From IMG/VR virus record IMGVR_UViG_2061766007_000699: 64,000 nucleotides of DNA; one strand, given 5' to 3'. Both the position numbers and the translations under genes were made by a program. Positions 9,588 to 19,132 of this stretch are shown one piece after another; position 1 is the first letter of the stretch; each line of letters opens with the position of its first letter. The DNA comes from an uncultured virus (IMG/VR IMGVR_UViG_2061766007_000699) (Duplodnaviria > Heunggongvirae > Uroviricota > Caudoviricetes). Under the pieces are notes generated by a model. It was not told the origin of the DNA and ran no database searches. It saw nothing but the letters and a program-made list of their open reading frames with translations.

Positions 9588-10451
9588 CTACTTCTTCATC
9601 CACTTCAACAACTCGTCTCTGCATGAATCGTATGCTGAGTTGCCCAATTCAATCAGACCGCTAATCGCCTTCTTGGAAACATCGTCCATCTTGAAATCCA
9701 CTTTCGGACTGACTCTGAAGACATTTTCCTCTCCTAGATTGGCACATAGCTCAAAGTAGTTGGAATCACCCGCATTGGCCACATTCTCAATGAAATATGT
9801 TGCCCATTCCAAGAGAGTTTTATTGCCTGAATCGCTGTGCTTAATAGCACCACCTGTGTTGAAACAGAGGACTTTGTAATCGCCAAACTTGGGGTAAGAC
9901 TTTTTCAGACCTGACTGTAGTGCCATACAGGGGTCATTCATGAACAATCCACCATCGCAATAGGATTCACCGTCTTTGACTACAACATCAAAGTAGGTAG
10001 GGGCGGAACAAGATGTGAGGACAGCAAACCATTTATCTATGTCCTTATCGCCTTTGTCCCATACCTTCTCAACGCTATGTCCGTTCATGTGAGTTGTTGG
10101 GATGAAGATTGGGATTTTGAAATCGGACATCTTGCCCTGTAGGATTTCCTTGAGGATGTTCTTCAGATTGGTGTTATCGTAAGTTGGATACTTAGGTAGA
10201 ATGCGCTTGTAGACGGGGTATTTGGTGAAGATTTTGGAGCCCTTGTTCACATAGAGGTCTGTGATGTCAGCCGCACTCAATCCTTCAGCTAGGGCGGCGG
10301 CAATGATGGAGCCCGTAGAAGTTCCTGAAACCGCCTTGACCTGTTTGGCTATTGATTTGCCAAGGTCAGACTCTAGGCGCATCAGGAATTGGCTCACCCA
10401 AAGCCCTTTGTAACCCCCTCCGTTTACGGATATGCACAGCTTCTTTGACAT
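9588..10451 (-). CDS. Patatin-like phospholipase
   Basis: GGGYKG, GTSTG (GxSxG), SAPTYF and DGG. Confidence 0.93.
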   Translation of the reverse strand: MSKKLCISVNGGGYKGLWVSQFLMRLESDLGKSIAKQVKAVSGTSTGSIIAAALAEGLSAADITDLYVNKGSKIFTKYPVYKRILPKYPTYDNTNLKNILKEILQGKMSDFKIPIFIPTTHMNGHSVEKVWDKGDKDIDKWFAVLTSCSAPTYFDVVVKDGESYCDGGLFMNDPCMALQSGLKKSYPKFGDYKVLCFNTGGAIKHSDSGNKTLLEWATYFIENVANAGDSNYFELCANLGEENVFRVSPKVDFKMDDVSKKAISGLIELGNSAYDSCRDELLKWMKK

Positions 10452-10475
10452 GTCGTTACCTGTTATTCGTATTCC

Positions 10476-10912
10476 TTAAGACTTTCTTCCATAGTAAAAC
10501 CACTGCCAAAGACTCTTCAACAAGTTCTTGACATATTTTGCGCCTTCAATGGCAACTTCTTCTTCCAAATCAGCATCGTGGTATTTGGCATAATCAAGAT
10601 AATGTTCCGCTTCAGTTTCAACATCATAGTCTTCAAATGCGGTTTCCAATGAGTCTCCCAATCCTTCAAGAGTTCCATCAAAAGTAATTTCGGGGGTGTA
10701 GTAATCATTGCCATACATGTCTTGGTCATAGAATGTTATGGAGAATCTTCCTCCTGACAGCTCTTTCAGCTCAAGCATATCAATTCCATTGCCTTGTTCC
10801 ATTAGAGAATCACGAATCCAACTCTCAAGGATATTGGTCATTGAACTTTCCTTGAGCATCCTTCCACGGGTCTTCTGCTTTCCCTAAACATTCTTCTTCC
10901 AAATCGTCTCAT
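10476..10912 (-). CDS. Tagged acidic cargo protein (apparent 1-nt deletion near 10868)
   Basis: GAGGAG SD and ATG at 10912 give MRRFGRRMFRESRRP; one extra C restores RGRMLKESS in frame with ORF 10476-10859. Confidence 0.7.
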
Positions 10913-10925
10913 CTTCTGTTCTCCT

Positions 10926-11243
10926 CTAATCAGTCTCATCCAAATAATACTCTAGCTCCTCATCCTTCAGGTGCTTAACTGCGTAATCAGAAGCCTTGCG
11001 CCATAGTTCATCGTAAACTCTAGCTAGGGGCTCGTTCTTCTCGTAATGTTGCCAAATCTTGTGGTTTAGGACAATCACAAGGTCAGTCAGATAGCGATAG
11101 TCCTTCTTCCATTCAGAAAACGCTCTGCGGAAAGTGTCCTTGACAGCGGGGATTCCGAAATGGTCAGCAATAGAAAAGTCTTGCCAAAAGGTAGTGCTGA
11201 ACTCTTCCTTGAGCATTCTCCGTCCGAATCTGTTGTTTCTCAT
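10926..11243 (-). CDS. Tagged hypothetical protein (TTFWQDFSIAD domain)
   Basis: Leader MRNNRFGRRMLKE followed by a compact helical domain; AGGAG SD. Confidence 0.85.
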   Translation of the reverse strand: MRNNRFGRRMLKEEFSTTFWQDFSIADHFGIPAVKDTFRRAFSEWKKDYRYLTDLVIVLNHKIWQHYEKNEPLARVYDELWRKASDYAVKHLKDEELEYYLDETD

Positions 11244-11254
11244 ACTTAATTCTC

Positions 11255-12625
11255 CTAATCCGCACCAATGGTTTCAGCCGCTAGTGCAACATGCTTGGCT
11301 AGGTTTCTCTTCAGGTCAGATAGATTCTTCCAAGTGAAGGATTGGTCATAGATGTAGTGATTACCTAAACCTTCACCGATTACATTCTTACCCGCCCATG
11401 CACCAACTGCTTCACGGCCATAACCGAGGTCATCGTTCACATAGCTCTCAACTCTACAGACTTTACCTTCTTCCTTGTCATCGTCTAGAGTGACTAGAAT
11501 ACCAACGAAAGCGGGTGATTCACCATAAAATTCTTGGATATATTCATTAATAGCTTCATTCAAATTTTCGTAGAAAACCTCAAGATTTTTCCGTTCACCG
11601 CTATGAGAAGTCCCTCCAAAAATGTCGTATTGGTCAGATTCTTCATCAGGGTCAAAATCCATATACCATTTGAAAGCATCTTTGGCTGTCTTAAATGGCT
11701 TTGCCGTTTCGGGTAGCATATCGTTCACTTTGTCAAGATTGTCTTCAAAAAAGGACACAATCTTATCATCTTCACTTTCCAAGCTGTCAACTAGCTTCTG
11801 AACTTTCGCTACATTCTTTGAAGAAACGGCATCAACACCTTTCAGGTGAAGATTGCCATAAGTTCCTGGCATCCAAGCCGCCTGTCTGTTGATAGTCCCA
11901 TCGGTGAAGTTGATGAAACCTGACCACGATTCACCGCCATTGTAATCAGTTTCAACATCAATGAAGTTATCACCATAAAACGGGGATGTTTCTTCAACAA
12001 TAGCAACTAGTTCTTTCATGAACTCTTCGGACTTGTTTTCACCTTCTCTCAGCATACGGCCTCTGCGCTGACGAGATTCACGGAGCATGTGTCCTCTGCG
12101 CTGACGAGATTCATCCATATCTTCTTCATCTCTTTCTTTGGACAAGTTTGCTAGTTCTTCGTTAATAGTGTATACGGTTCCTGTAATCGTTTTTTCCATA
12201 TCATCACGAAGTTCAAAATAATGCTCTAGATTGTATTCGTTGACAGGAACACACACATGTCTGCCCATTCTACCATAAAGCCCAACATCAACTCCGTTAT
12301 GAGACTCTTTGAAATCGGTAAGACCATTGTCAATATAGATATAGGCCACATCTTCCAATTCGTCTTGGACATTTTCAGGACAATTTATTTCCCAAAACAC
12401 ATGACGGTCTGACAGCTGAAGTAGAATACCCACATCATCGTCTCCATAGATTTCCACACCATACTGTTCACACAAATCAAAGAATTTTTCCGAATAATCA
12501 TTCCTGTGGGTAAGAACAACATCGTCTATGAAGGCTTCCATTTCTATATCAGAATAGCCATATTCTTCCTTTGTCCACTTCCTAGCTAATTTCTTGACTT
12601 CAATCCAAAACTTGTTCGTCTTCAT
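11255..12625 (-). CDS. Two-domain acidic cargo protein with a tandem internal tag
   Basis: Own ATG at 12625 with AAGGA SD; fused to the portal in the ORF track only through an N gap; contains ESRQRRGHMLRESRQRRGRMLRE. Confidence 0.8.
   Translation of the reverse strand: MKTNKFWIEVKKLARKWTKEEYGYSDIEMEAFIDDVVLTHRNDYSEKFFDLCEQYGVEIYGDDDVGILLQLSDRHVFWEINCPENVQDELEDVAYIYIDNGLTDFKESHNGVDVGLYGRMGRHVCVPVNEYNLEHYFELRDDMEKTITGTVYTINEELANLSKERDEEDMDESRQRRGHMLRESRQRRGRMLREGENKSEEFMKELVAIVEETSPFYGDNFIDVETDYNGGESWSGFINFTDGTINRQAAWMPGTYGNLHLKGVDAVSSKNVAKVQKLVDSLESEDDKIVSFFEDNLDKVNDMLPETAKPFKTAKDAFKWYMDFDPDEESDQYDIFGGTSHSGERKNLEVFYENLNEAINEYIQEFYGESPAFVGILVTLDDDKEEGKVCRVESYVNDDLGYGREAVGAWAGKNVIGEGLGNHYIYDQSFTWKNLSDLKRNLAKHVALAAETIGAD
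12060..12113. repeat. Tandem repeat with 33-bp period encoding the duplicated tag
   Basis: CCTCTGCGCTGACGAGATTCA at 12060-12080 and 12093-12113. Confidence 0.9.
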
Positions 12626-12679
12626 ATAAATCCTTTTTTTTTTNNNNNNNNNNNNNNNNNNNNNNNNNNNNNNNNNNNN

Positions 12680-14365
12680 GACTTGAATATCAGTCCCCGC
12701 TTCAGGTGTGGACTCGGCACCACCTTCAGCACCACCTTCCACACCGCCTTCAGGAGCACCGCCCATTTCTTCATCACCGAAGTCAGGGCCACCGCCTCCA
12801 AATCCGCCACCGAAATCAGAGCCTCCGCCCATCATTCCTTCTTCGTCTTCGTCAGCGGCCCCATTCTGTTCCTCTAGTTCTTCCTGTTCATGTCTCTTCA
12901 TATCGTTGTTCAAGTCAATGAGATACTTGGGCATCTTGACGATATACTTCATGAAAAATTCCTTGGAGAACATCGCCTGAGGATTGTCCTTTGACATGAT
13001 GAGGTCAGAGTATTGGGCAAACATGTCCAACATTTCCTTTGTCCGCTCCATGTCCCTGTATTCCTTGTAGCGGTTATTGGGAATCATGGAGATGTTGTAG
13101 TTGTTCTTGTTCAGGAAACGGGGGTCAACTTTCTTGAATCTGAGTTCAAGCAAATAGACCTGTTCAATCAGGCTGACAAATCGGTGCTGTAGCCGTTCAA
13201 CGAATTTGGTGAAGTTCAACTCTTCACGCTCAATATCCATCTTGTTGTTGTAGGTGCCTCCGTTTCCTTCCGCACCCGCATTCAGAGAACTACCCCATCT
13301 AGTTGACGGTATCTTCAGGCACTTATACATCTTGCGCATGAAGTAGTTGGGCAACTCAATGAGCTGTTCCAACTGTTCACCGCCCTGAAGGGTCTCAACT
13401 GTTGAACCCTGACCTTCTCTTCTAGCAAACCAAAAGTCTTCGGTCATGGCTTGGAATCGTGTTGCGCTGTCAACTAGACCCGTTGTTGGGTCATAGTTCA
13501 AGGTCTTCTTATACTCTTGCATCGCCTTTCTGACGATTTCATCCGCCTTCCCGGCGGGTGCCTGACCCACTTCAATGTTGAACACTCTTCTCTGCGGGGC
13601 TCTGACAATCTGAGCAATGACGGCTGAGTCTTCCAAGTTTCTCAGTCTGTTGTAAGTGGTGATGGCGGAATCCAAATACCCACGCACATCCAACTTATTG
13701 ACCCCGTAATCGCCATAATTGATGTAGATAATCTGATTGGCTTCAAAATAGATGGTCTGACCTGTCTCCGCTATGGTCTGCGCATACTTGACTATGTTGC
13801 CCTGTTCAAAAATCGGGGTCATCGTGAAGGCGGGGAGAGGCTTGAGAGCTATGATGTCCTTCCCTTCTTTGTCCACGATTACTTCAAAATAGACTTCCGC
13901 ATCTACCAAGAATTTTCTGAAGATTTCCCATCCCATGTTCTTGAAGTTCAGGAGCTCGTTTGTCACCACGGAGAACTCGTCCTGTAGCATTTTCTTTTCG
14001 CTACGCTTCATGTCCTTGGAATTGAGGATGTCAAACTCAAACTGATTTCCGTTCGCATCGCAAGTTATGGCTTCATCGCACACCATGTCAATCGCACAGG
14101 AGATTTCGGGGTAGTCCGCCATGTCCCTGTATTGCTGAATGCGGGTCTTTTTATCGTCAAAAATCTGATAGAAAGTGGTAGCCGTGGAATCAAATGTTCC
14201 GCCTGTGAAGTAACCGTTGTATACCGCACCTAGAATGGGGTCATCCAACTCGCCAACGGCCTGAGAGTTCGCAATCAGACTTTCCTGTTTCTGCGCTCTC
14301 ACGGCTCCATCAAATCTGATGAAGTCCTTTGACTTTTCGTTCTCTAGAAAATTGTTCAGACTCAT
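12680..14365 (-). CDS. gp20: Portal protein (gp20-like); stop lies in the N gap
   Basis: YRDMADYPEI, LEDSAVI..IVRAPQRRVF and EDFWFARREG; Gly/Glu-rich tail. Confidence 0.95.
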
Positions 14366-14374
14366 TCTCTAACC

Positions 14375-15205
14375 TCAATCGTCAAACAAACCAAACGGGT
14401 CATCGGTCTTTCCAAACTTGTTCTTGTATAGCACTTTGTCCGCTTCCCTGTCTATGTCAGATTCGTCATGACCCTCTTGGATGGTATTTTGGATATTTAG
14501 GTGCAACGAATCCATTTTTTCTATGGGCTTCGTGTTTTGTCCTAGAATGTCAGGAATGTCATTGTGTTTCAGGATTTCATCGTTCTCTTCTATCAAAAGG
14601 TCAGATACATTGTGGTGTGCCATTTCCAACTGAGTGAGGATGATGTCATAGGAATGCAATCTTTGTGTTATCGTGTCTGTCTTATCACCCTTGACATCCA
14701 ACACCCTGTAGAAAATTCCGTTATGCGTGGACTGAACTATGTCCCCCGCCTTCGGCTCTCTTTTCTTGTATGCTATCGTGTTGCCGTCCGATTCCATCTG
14801 AGAAGCCTGAAGGAAAGCGACCATAGCGACATGAATGTGGAAAACATCCAATCCTTCTATGCCGAATTTCGCCCAACTTCTAGATTCCGTTGGCAATTCG
14901 TCAACGGCAAACATGAACGGAAATTTTCTGATTATAGTCCTGTCATTGTCCTCGCCAAAGACCTTTTCGTTCTCCAATGAATAGTCTACCACATACCAAT
15001 AGCCCTGAACTCCGCCCATCGCAATGGATTCAGCCGTCATGCAATCATACATCGCTGATTCTTTGGCATGACACTCATTGGACATGTCCCACCATTCGTT
15101 TTCAATACCGAGACATTCATCCCAATCAGCAAGACCGCTACCCGCTGACTTGACATCAGGCGGGTTAATCAGAATGGATGGGATTGGATTTTTGGTCTCA
15201 GCCAT
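14375..15205 (-). CDS. gp14: Neck/head-closure protein (gp14-like)
   Basis: ESI..GG, VFGED, KFGIE and PKAGDIV match the gp14 pattern. Confidence 0.75.
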   Translation of the reverse strand: MAETKNPIPSILINPPDVKSAGSGLADWDECLGIENEWWDMSNECHAKESAMYDCMTAESIAMGGVQGYWYVVDYSLENEKVFGEDNDRTIIRKFPFMFAVDELPTESRSWAKFGIEGLDVFHIHVAMVAFLQASQMESDGNTIAYKKREPKAGDIVQSTHNGIFYRVLDVKGDKTDTITQRLHSYDIILTQLEMAHHNVSDLLIEENDEILKHNDIPDILGQNTKPIEKMDSLHLNIQNTIQEGHDESDIDREADKVLYKNKFGKTDDPFGLFDD

Positions 15206-15482
15206 TGTTCATCGCTCTCAAACGGGCTATGGTTTCCTTGATTGAACAGATTTCCTGTTCCATGTCTCTTTCCAATTCGTCAACTCTCTTTTCTAGTGCT
15301 TTTATATCGCCCTTGCTCTCAATAACCGATTCCTTCAACGAAAGAATAGCATCCATCGTCTCACCATGATTCGCACTCTCTTGTGATGACCGTTTTCTAT
15401 CCTGAATGATGAAATACATGATGGCCACAAGAAAACCGAAAAGCGGCGGCAAAGAAGAAATTATTGATTCCATAACTATCAC
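15198..15482 (-). CDS. Small membrane protein with coiled coil (holin-like?)
   Basis: One N-terminal hydrophobic helix then a heptad pattern; CTAAATA at 15514-15520. Confidence 0.55.
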   Translation of the reverse strand: MIVMESIISSLPPLFGFLVAIMYFIIQDRKRSSQESANHGETMDAILSLKESVIESKGDIKALEKRVDELERDMEQEICSIKETIARLRAMNNG

Positions 15483-15557
15483 CTCTCTGTCTGCAATCTC
15501 ATTCAGGCACGATTATTTAGTTTTTAGACGGCAGAACAATCTAAAATTATTAAACAA

Positions 15558-17867
15558 TTACCTTGCTGACATGTGAATTTGTATCTGTTCACCATTCAAT
15601 GTGCCCAAAGCCAAAGGCATTTCAGTTATTGACTGCTGTCCAATCATACAACCGACATAAGAAGAGTCAGGAACTGTGGTGTTTTCCTTCCCAACTACCT
15701 GAAGAAGATTTGAATATGGGTCATCACCAAACCAAATGGCGAAATAATAGTCCTCACCCGCTACCAATTTGAACGGAGATTCGGTAACATGCCAATAAGT
15801 ATGTCCATCATGTGCTTCCGAAGCGGAGAACAAAGCAGTTCTAGCTACCAAATTCTTGTTCACATCGTATATGGCCATCCCTACCTTACCAACACTACCT
15901 GACTTCAAGGCAAAACCCAATTCGGTGCAATCGCAATCGTGGTTACAGATGTCCAATGAAACTAGTATTCTCCCTTTAAGAGATGAAGCTGAAAATGCGC
16001 TTGTTGAGTTGACTATTGCGTAGTTTTCCTGACATGATTTTGGTTTGTCTTTCCACTCAGGAGCACCCGAAGAATTTACCGTGAGTAGCTGTCCTTCCGT
16101 TCCGATATGGAGGGTTTCAACGAGTCTCTTTCCTTGTTGATAACCTGAAGGTATCTCTTCACCCGCATAGACAATATCACCCGCACTAGTCCAAGGCATT
16201 CCGAAGAGAATTACATTTGAGGCATTGCTCCACTGAGGGAAATTGAACGGAGCACCCGAGCCCCCCATACCCATCAAAACCTGACCGATTTGAGGAGGAT
16301 TGATGGCGGATGGGGTGCCTCCAACAACACCGTAAATCATCTGACCACCCGAAGTCATCGGATTGGTCATGCCTCCGCTAACAGTCACCCATTCAAGCCC
16401 CGAGGAGCCAACGGTGAGAACTTGGCCTTGTGAGCCAATACCAAGCCTAGTAGGTGTCCCCGAATTACCGCCCACAATCAGGTCTCCTGAAGTGGTCATG
16501 GGATTCACCATACCTCCCCCGCCTCCTGTGGAACTGATTACCAAATAGCTACCACTATTCGTAATGGTGATACCTGTCCCATCATGCAACAGGTTTTCCA
16601 AATAGTCAGGATTCACCAAAGACACAACACCCGCTTCTGTAATCAGTGCGGTGTCAATAGGATTTGCATAAGAAACGCTGTTTGAGTTCTTGATGGAATT
16701 ACAAAATGCGCTACTGATTGCGGGGGGTAGAATGCCTGAATTGAAATGTAGTGATGTTGCATAAGCGTTTCCGAGAGAAGCACTAGAGCCTACTAATTGA
16801 ATGCCAACGCTACCGCCTTCTAGTTTTATACCTGTTCCTCCGTCTATGGTCACACCGCTCTGACCGTAAATGCTTACTTCACCACTATTGAGTGAATGGA
16901 GATAAAGACCGTGTGCACCAACACCTGTTCCGTTTCCATATTCTTCAATGTGGAAACCTTTGTATCCGGCAGTCATATCCGCATACATCATCGCCTGTGT
17001 TTCAGCACTGCTGTTTACAACTTTGAATTGGGAGATTTCATCTACTTGGAAATATCCGCTTATGCTGTTGTTTCCTGTCCCCGTCATCGGAATGAAATTA
17101 CCGCCAACAGAAGGGGCATTCACGAAACCAACATTCCCCGAAGTATCCACTACACCGAGATACTGACCTGAAGTCGCACCCGTGGTGTCAATCTTGACGG
17201 TCAACTTCTCGTATCCGCCTTCAGCTGATGTTATTGCCGTGGCGATTCCGTTTACACCTTCAATCTTGTCGCTCAGGTATCCTTTGTCCGTATCGTTTCC
17301 TGATACGAGAACTCTTCCATCGCCTCCTACAATGATTTTGATTTCCGACATCTGTGGGGTATACTTGAGGATGACATACTTGGTCACACCGCTGATTTCA
17401 ATCGCATCGGTGAAATTGACCGTGAAGCTGTTTGTTTCCACGGTCTCAAACATGGCGAAACAGACAGGAATGCAATCGCTGTCTAGCAGAGACCCTTCGG
17501 TGAAAGAAGAGGATTTCTTGAAGATGACGAATCCCCCCGCAGTGAACGAATCAGCGGGTGATTGATATGTGTAGGTCATTGAGTTGCCAACAATCGCATC
17601 AAAGTAGTTGTTTCCTAGGTCATCGTAATAGTTGACGATAGAAGCGTTTGGAATGACGAAGGTGTTGTAGACCGTGGTGCTAGAACTCAGACCTGAAGTC
17701 CAAGTGTTGATGTTGTCTACGGAAACAGTGAACGGATTGGCAACATGCGCACCATCCGAATTGATGAATGCAATGCCTAGAGTATCGCCATTTTCAAAGC
17801 CCTCATTGTTTTTCAGGGCTTCCAAATAATTGTTGAAAACGAAACTTGAACTGACTTCACCTGACAT
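15558..17867 (-). CDS. Fibre/appendage-like virion protein
   Basis: Gly/Ser/Thr-rich with four NPMT..GD-type repeats. The late promoter at 17907-17913 favours ATG 17867 over GTG 17903. Confidence 0.75.
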   Translation of the reverse strand: MSGEVSSSFVFNNYLEALKNNEGFENGDTLGIAFINSDGAHVANPFTVSVDNINTWTSGLSSSTTVYNTFVIPNASIVNYYDDLGNNYFDAIVGNSMTYTYQSPADSFTAGGFVIFKKSSSFTEGSLLDSDCIPVCFAMFETVETNSFTVNFTDAIEISGVTKYVILKYTPQMSEIKIIVGGDGRVLVSGNDTDKGYLSDKIEGVNGIATAITSAEGGYEKLTVKIDTTGATSGQYLGVVDTSGNVGFVNAPSVGGNFIPMTGTGNNSISGYFQVDEISQFKVVNSSAETQAMMYADMTAGYKGFHIEEYGNGTGVGAHGLYLHSLNSGEVSIYGQSGVTIDGGTGIKLEGGSVGIQLVGSSASLGNAYATSLHFNSGILPPAISSAFCNSIKNSNSVSYANPIDTALITEAGVVSLVNPDYLENLLHDGTGITITNSGSYLVISSTGGGGGMVNPMTTSGDLIVGGNSGTPTRLGIGSQGQVLTVGSSGLEWVTVSGGMTNPMTSGGQMIYGVVGGTPSAINPPQIGQVLMGMGGSGAPFNFPQWSNASNVILFGMPWTSAGDIVYAGEEIPSGYQQGKRLVETLHIGTEGQLLTVNSSGAPEWKDKPKSCQENYAIVNSTSAFSASSLKGRILVSLDICNHDCDCTELGFALKSGSVGKVGMAIYDVNKNLVARTALFSASEAHDGHTYWHVTESPFKLVAGEDYYFAIWFGDDPYSNLLQVVGKENTTVPDSSYVGCMIGQQSITEMPLALGTLNGEQIQIHMSAR

Positions 17868-17927
17868 GGATACCCCATTTATGGATGTAACACGCTCATA
17901 CACCCATATTTAGTTTGGAATGGGGTG

Positions 17928-18383
17928 TTAATTTCGCCAAAACAACTTGGTCAAATCCTCGCCTGTTTCTAGGTCTAAGAGGTGCTGATTGGTAGTTTTC
18001 TTGTTCAACGGGCCATAGCTGTCATCGTAAGGCCCATACTTAAGAAAATTCAGCCGTTCCTTGATTGACTTCGGTATCTCTTTGATGTCTCTGCCTGTGT
18101 AAAGTGCTGTCGCTTTGCCTAGTTTTTTCGCTTCGGTGAGGAAATGCAATAGCTCTTCCTTCCATTCCCCGCCCATGAAGAGAACGCAATCCGCTGACTG
18201 ATATTTGGAGATGTCCTCTCTGAACTTCTCAATCGTCAATTCGTAGCTAGTTTCGGCATTTTCGTTCCACAGGTATTTGGAATGACACGAAGGACAATGC
18301 ACATCACACCCATATACCTGATACACCAACGAAATATGGCGGGGTATTTCAACGAAAACTATTTGTGGGCCGTCAACTCTCAT
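17928..18383 (-). CDS. nrdG: Anaerobic ribonucleotide reductase activase (radical SAM)
   Basis: GCDVHCPSCHS (CxxxCxxC), FMGGE and LKYGPY; near nrdD. Confidence 0.92.
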   Translation of the reverse strand: MRVDGPQIVFVEIPRHISLVYQVYGCDVHCPSCHSKYLWNENAETSYELTIEKFREDISKYQSADCVLFMGGEWKEELLHFLTEAKKLGKATALYTGRDIKEIPKSIKERLNFLKYGPYDDSYGPLNKKTTNQHLLDLETGEDLTKLFWRN

Positions 18384-18460
18384 TATCTACCATGATGGAA
18401 TCGTGTCAGAAAGTGTCACAAAAGTGATATACTTTTTGTGACAAAACTATACCAAAAATG

Positions 18461-19123
18461 CTATACTTTTGGCATCCTACCGCAACACTTTTCTTCCTTG
18501 CACCCTCCATTCTTCACGCACTTGGGAACGAAAAGATTGTCCGAAACCCATTTCCATTCCTCGCTAATTGAGGCCAATTCGTTCTTCAGCATGTTGGCGA
18601 ACTGTCTCATCTCCGTATACGCTCTAGAACAAAGTCGCTGATTCATGAAGTTCTCCAACATCCGTAGATTGCACTTCATGACCACTTTGGTGTGCATACC
18701 TAGAGGTAGGACATTGGCGGCATCTTCCTTTGAAACCCCTAGCTCCAACAACTTAGTGTAGGATTCCTTGATACCGTTCATCGTCTCATCATAGACTTTC
18801 TTGGCTTCTTCGGACATGGATGGCGTGTAGTAGCCGAAACTCTTACAATTCACATAGCGTGTGCTTTCCTGAAGTCTAGTTGGAGAGCCGCCTATGTGAG
18901 TGTATATCTCCCGGCATACCCTAGCAGACCATCCTGACAGGACAAACTCAATGTCCACATATTCCATCACTCTTCCGTGGCCTGACTTGATACAGTTCTT
19001 CGCTCTCTCAATGTTTTTGCTTCGGTCTTCCGTATCAGAGTTCCAACAGATACCCGCATACCTCCCAATCTTGCTGAGAGGTAGCGAGTCTGTTGATAGC
19101 TGAATCTCAATAAGTTTGTCCAT
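18461..19123 (-). CDS. thyX: Flavin-dependent thymidylate synthase
   Basis: GHGRVME, QESTRY, EDAANVLP and RLCSRA. Confidence 0.92.
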   Translation of the reverse strand: MDKLIEIQLSTDSLPLSKIGRYAGICWNSDTEDRSKNIERAKNCIKSGHGRVMEYVDIEFVLSGWSARVCREIYTHIGGSPTRLQESTRYVNCKSFGYYTPSMSEEAKKVYDETMNGIKESYTKLLELGVSKEDAANVLPLGMHTKVVMKCNLRMLENFMNQRLCSRAYTEMRQFANMLKNELASISEEWKWVSDNLFVPKCVKNGGCKEEKCCGRMPKV

Positions 19124-19132
19124 GTAGTTCTC

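Noticed and set aside
12680..12860. Gly/Glu low-complexity repeat
   Set aside because: A disordered portal C-terminal tail, common in T4-like phages.
11255..14365. 1036-aa portal fusion protein
   Set aside because: Read-through across an N gap; the downstream part has its own SD and ATG at 12625.
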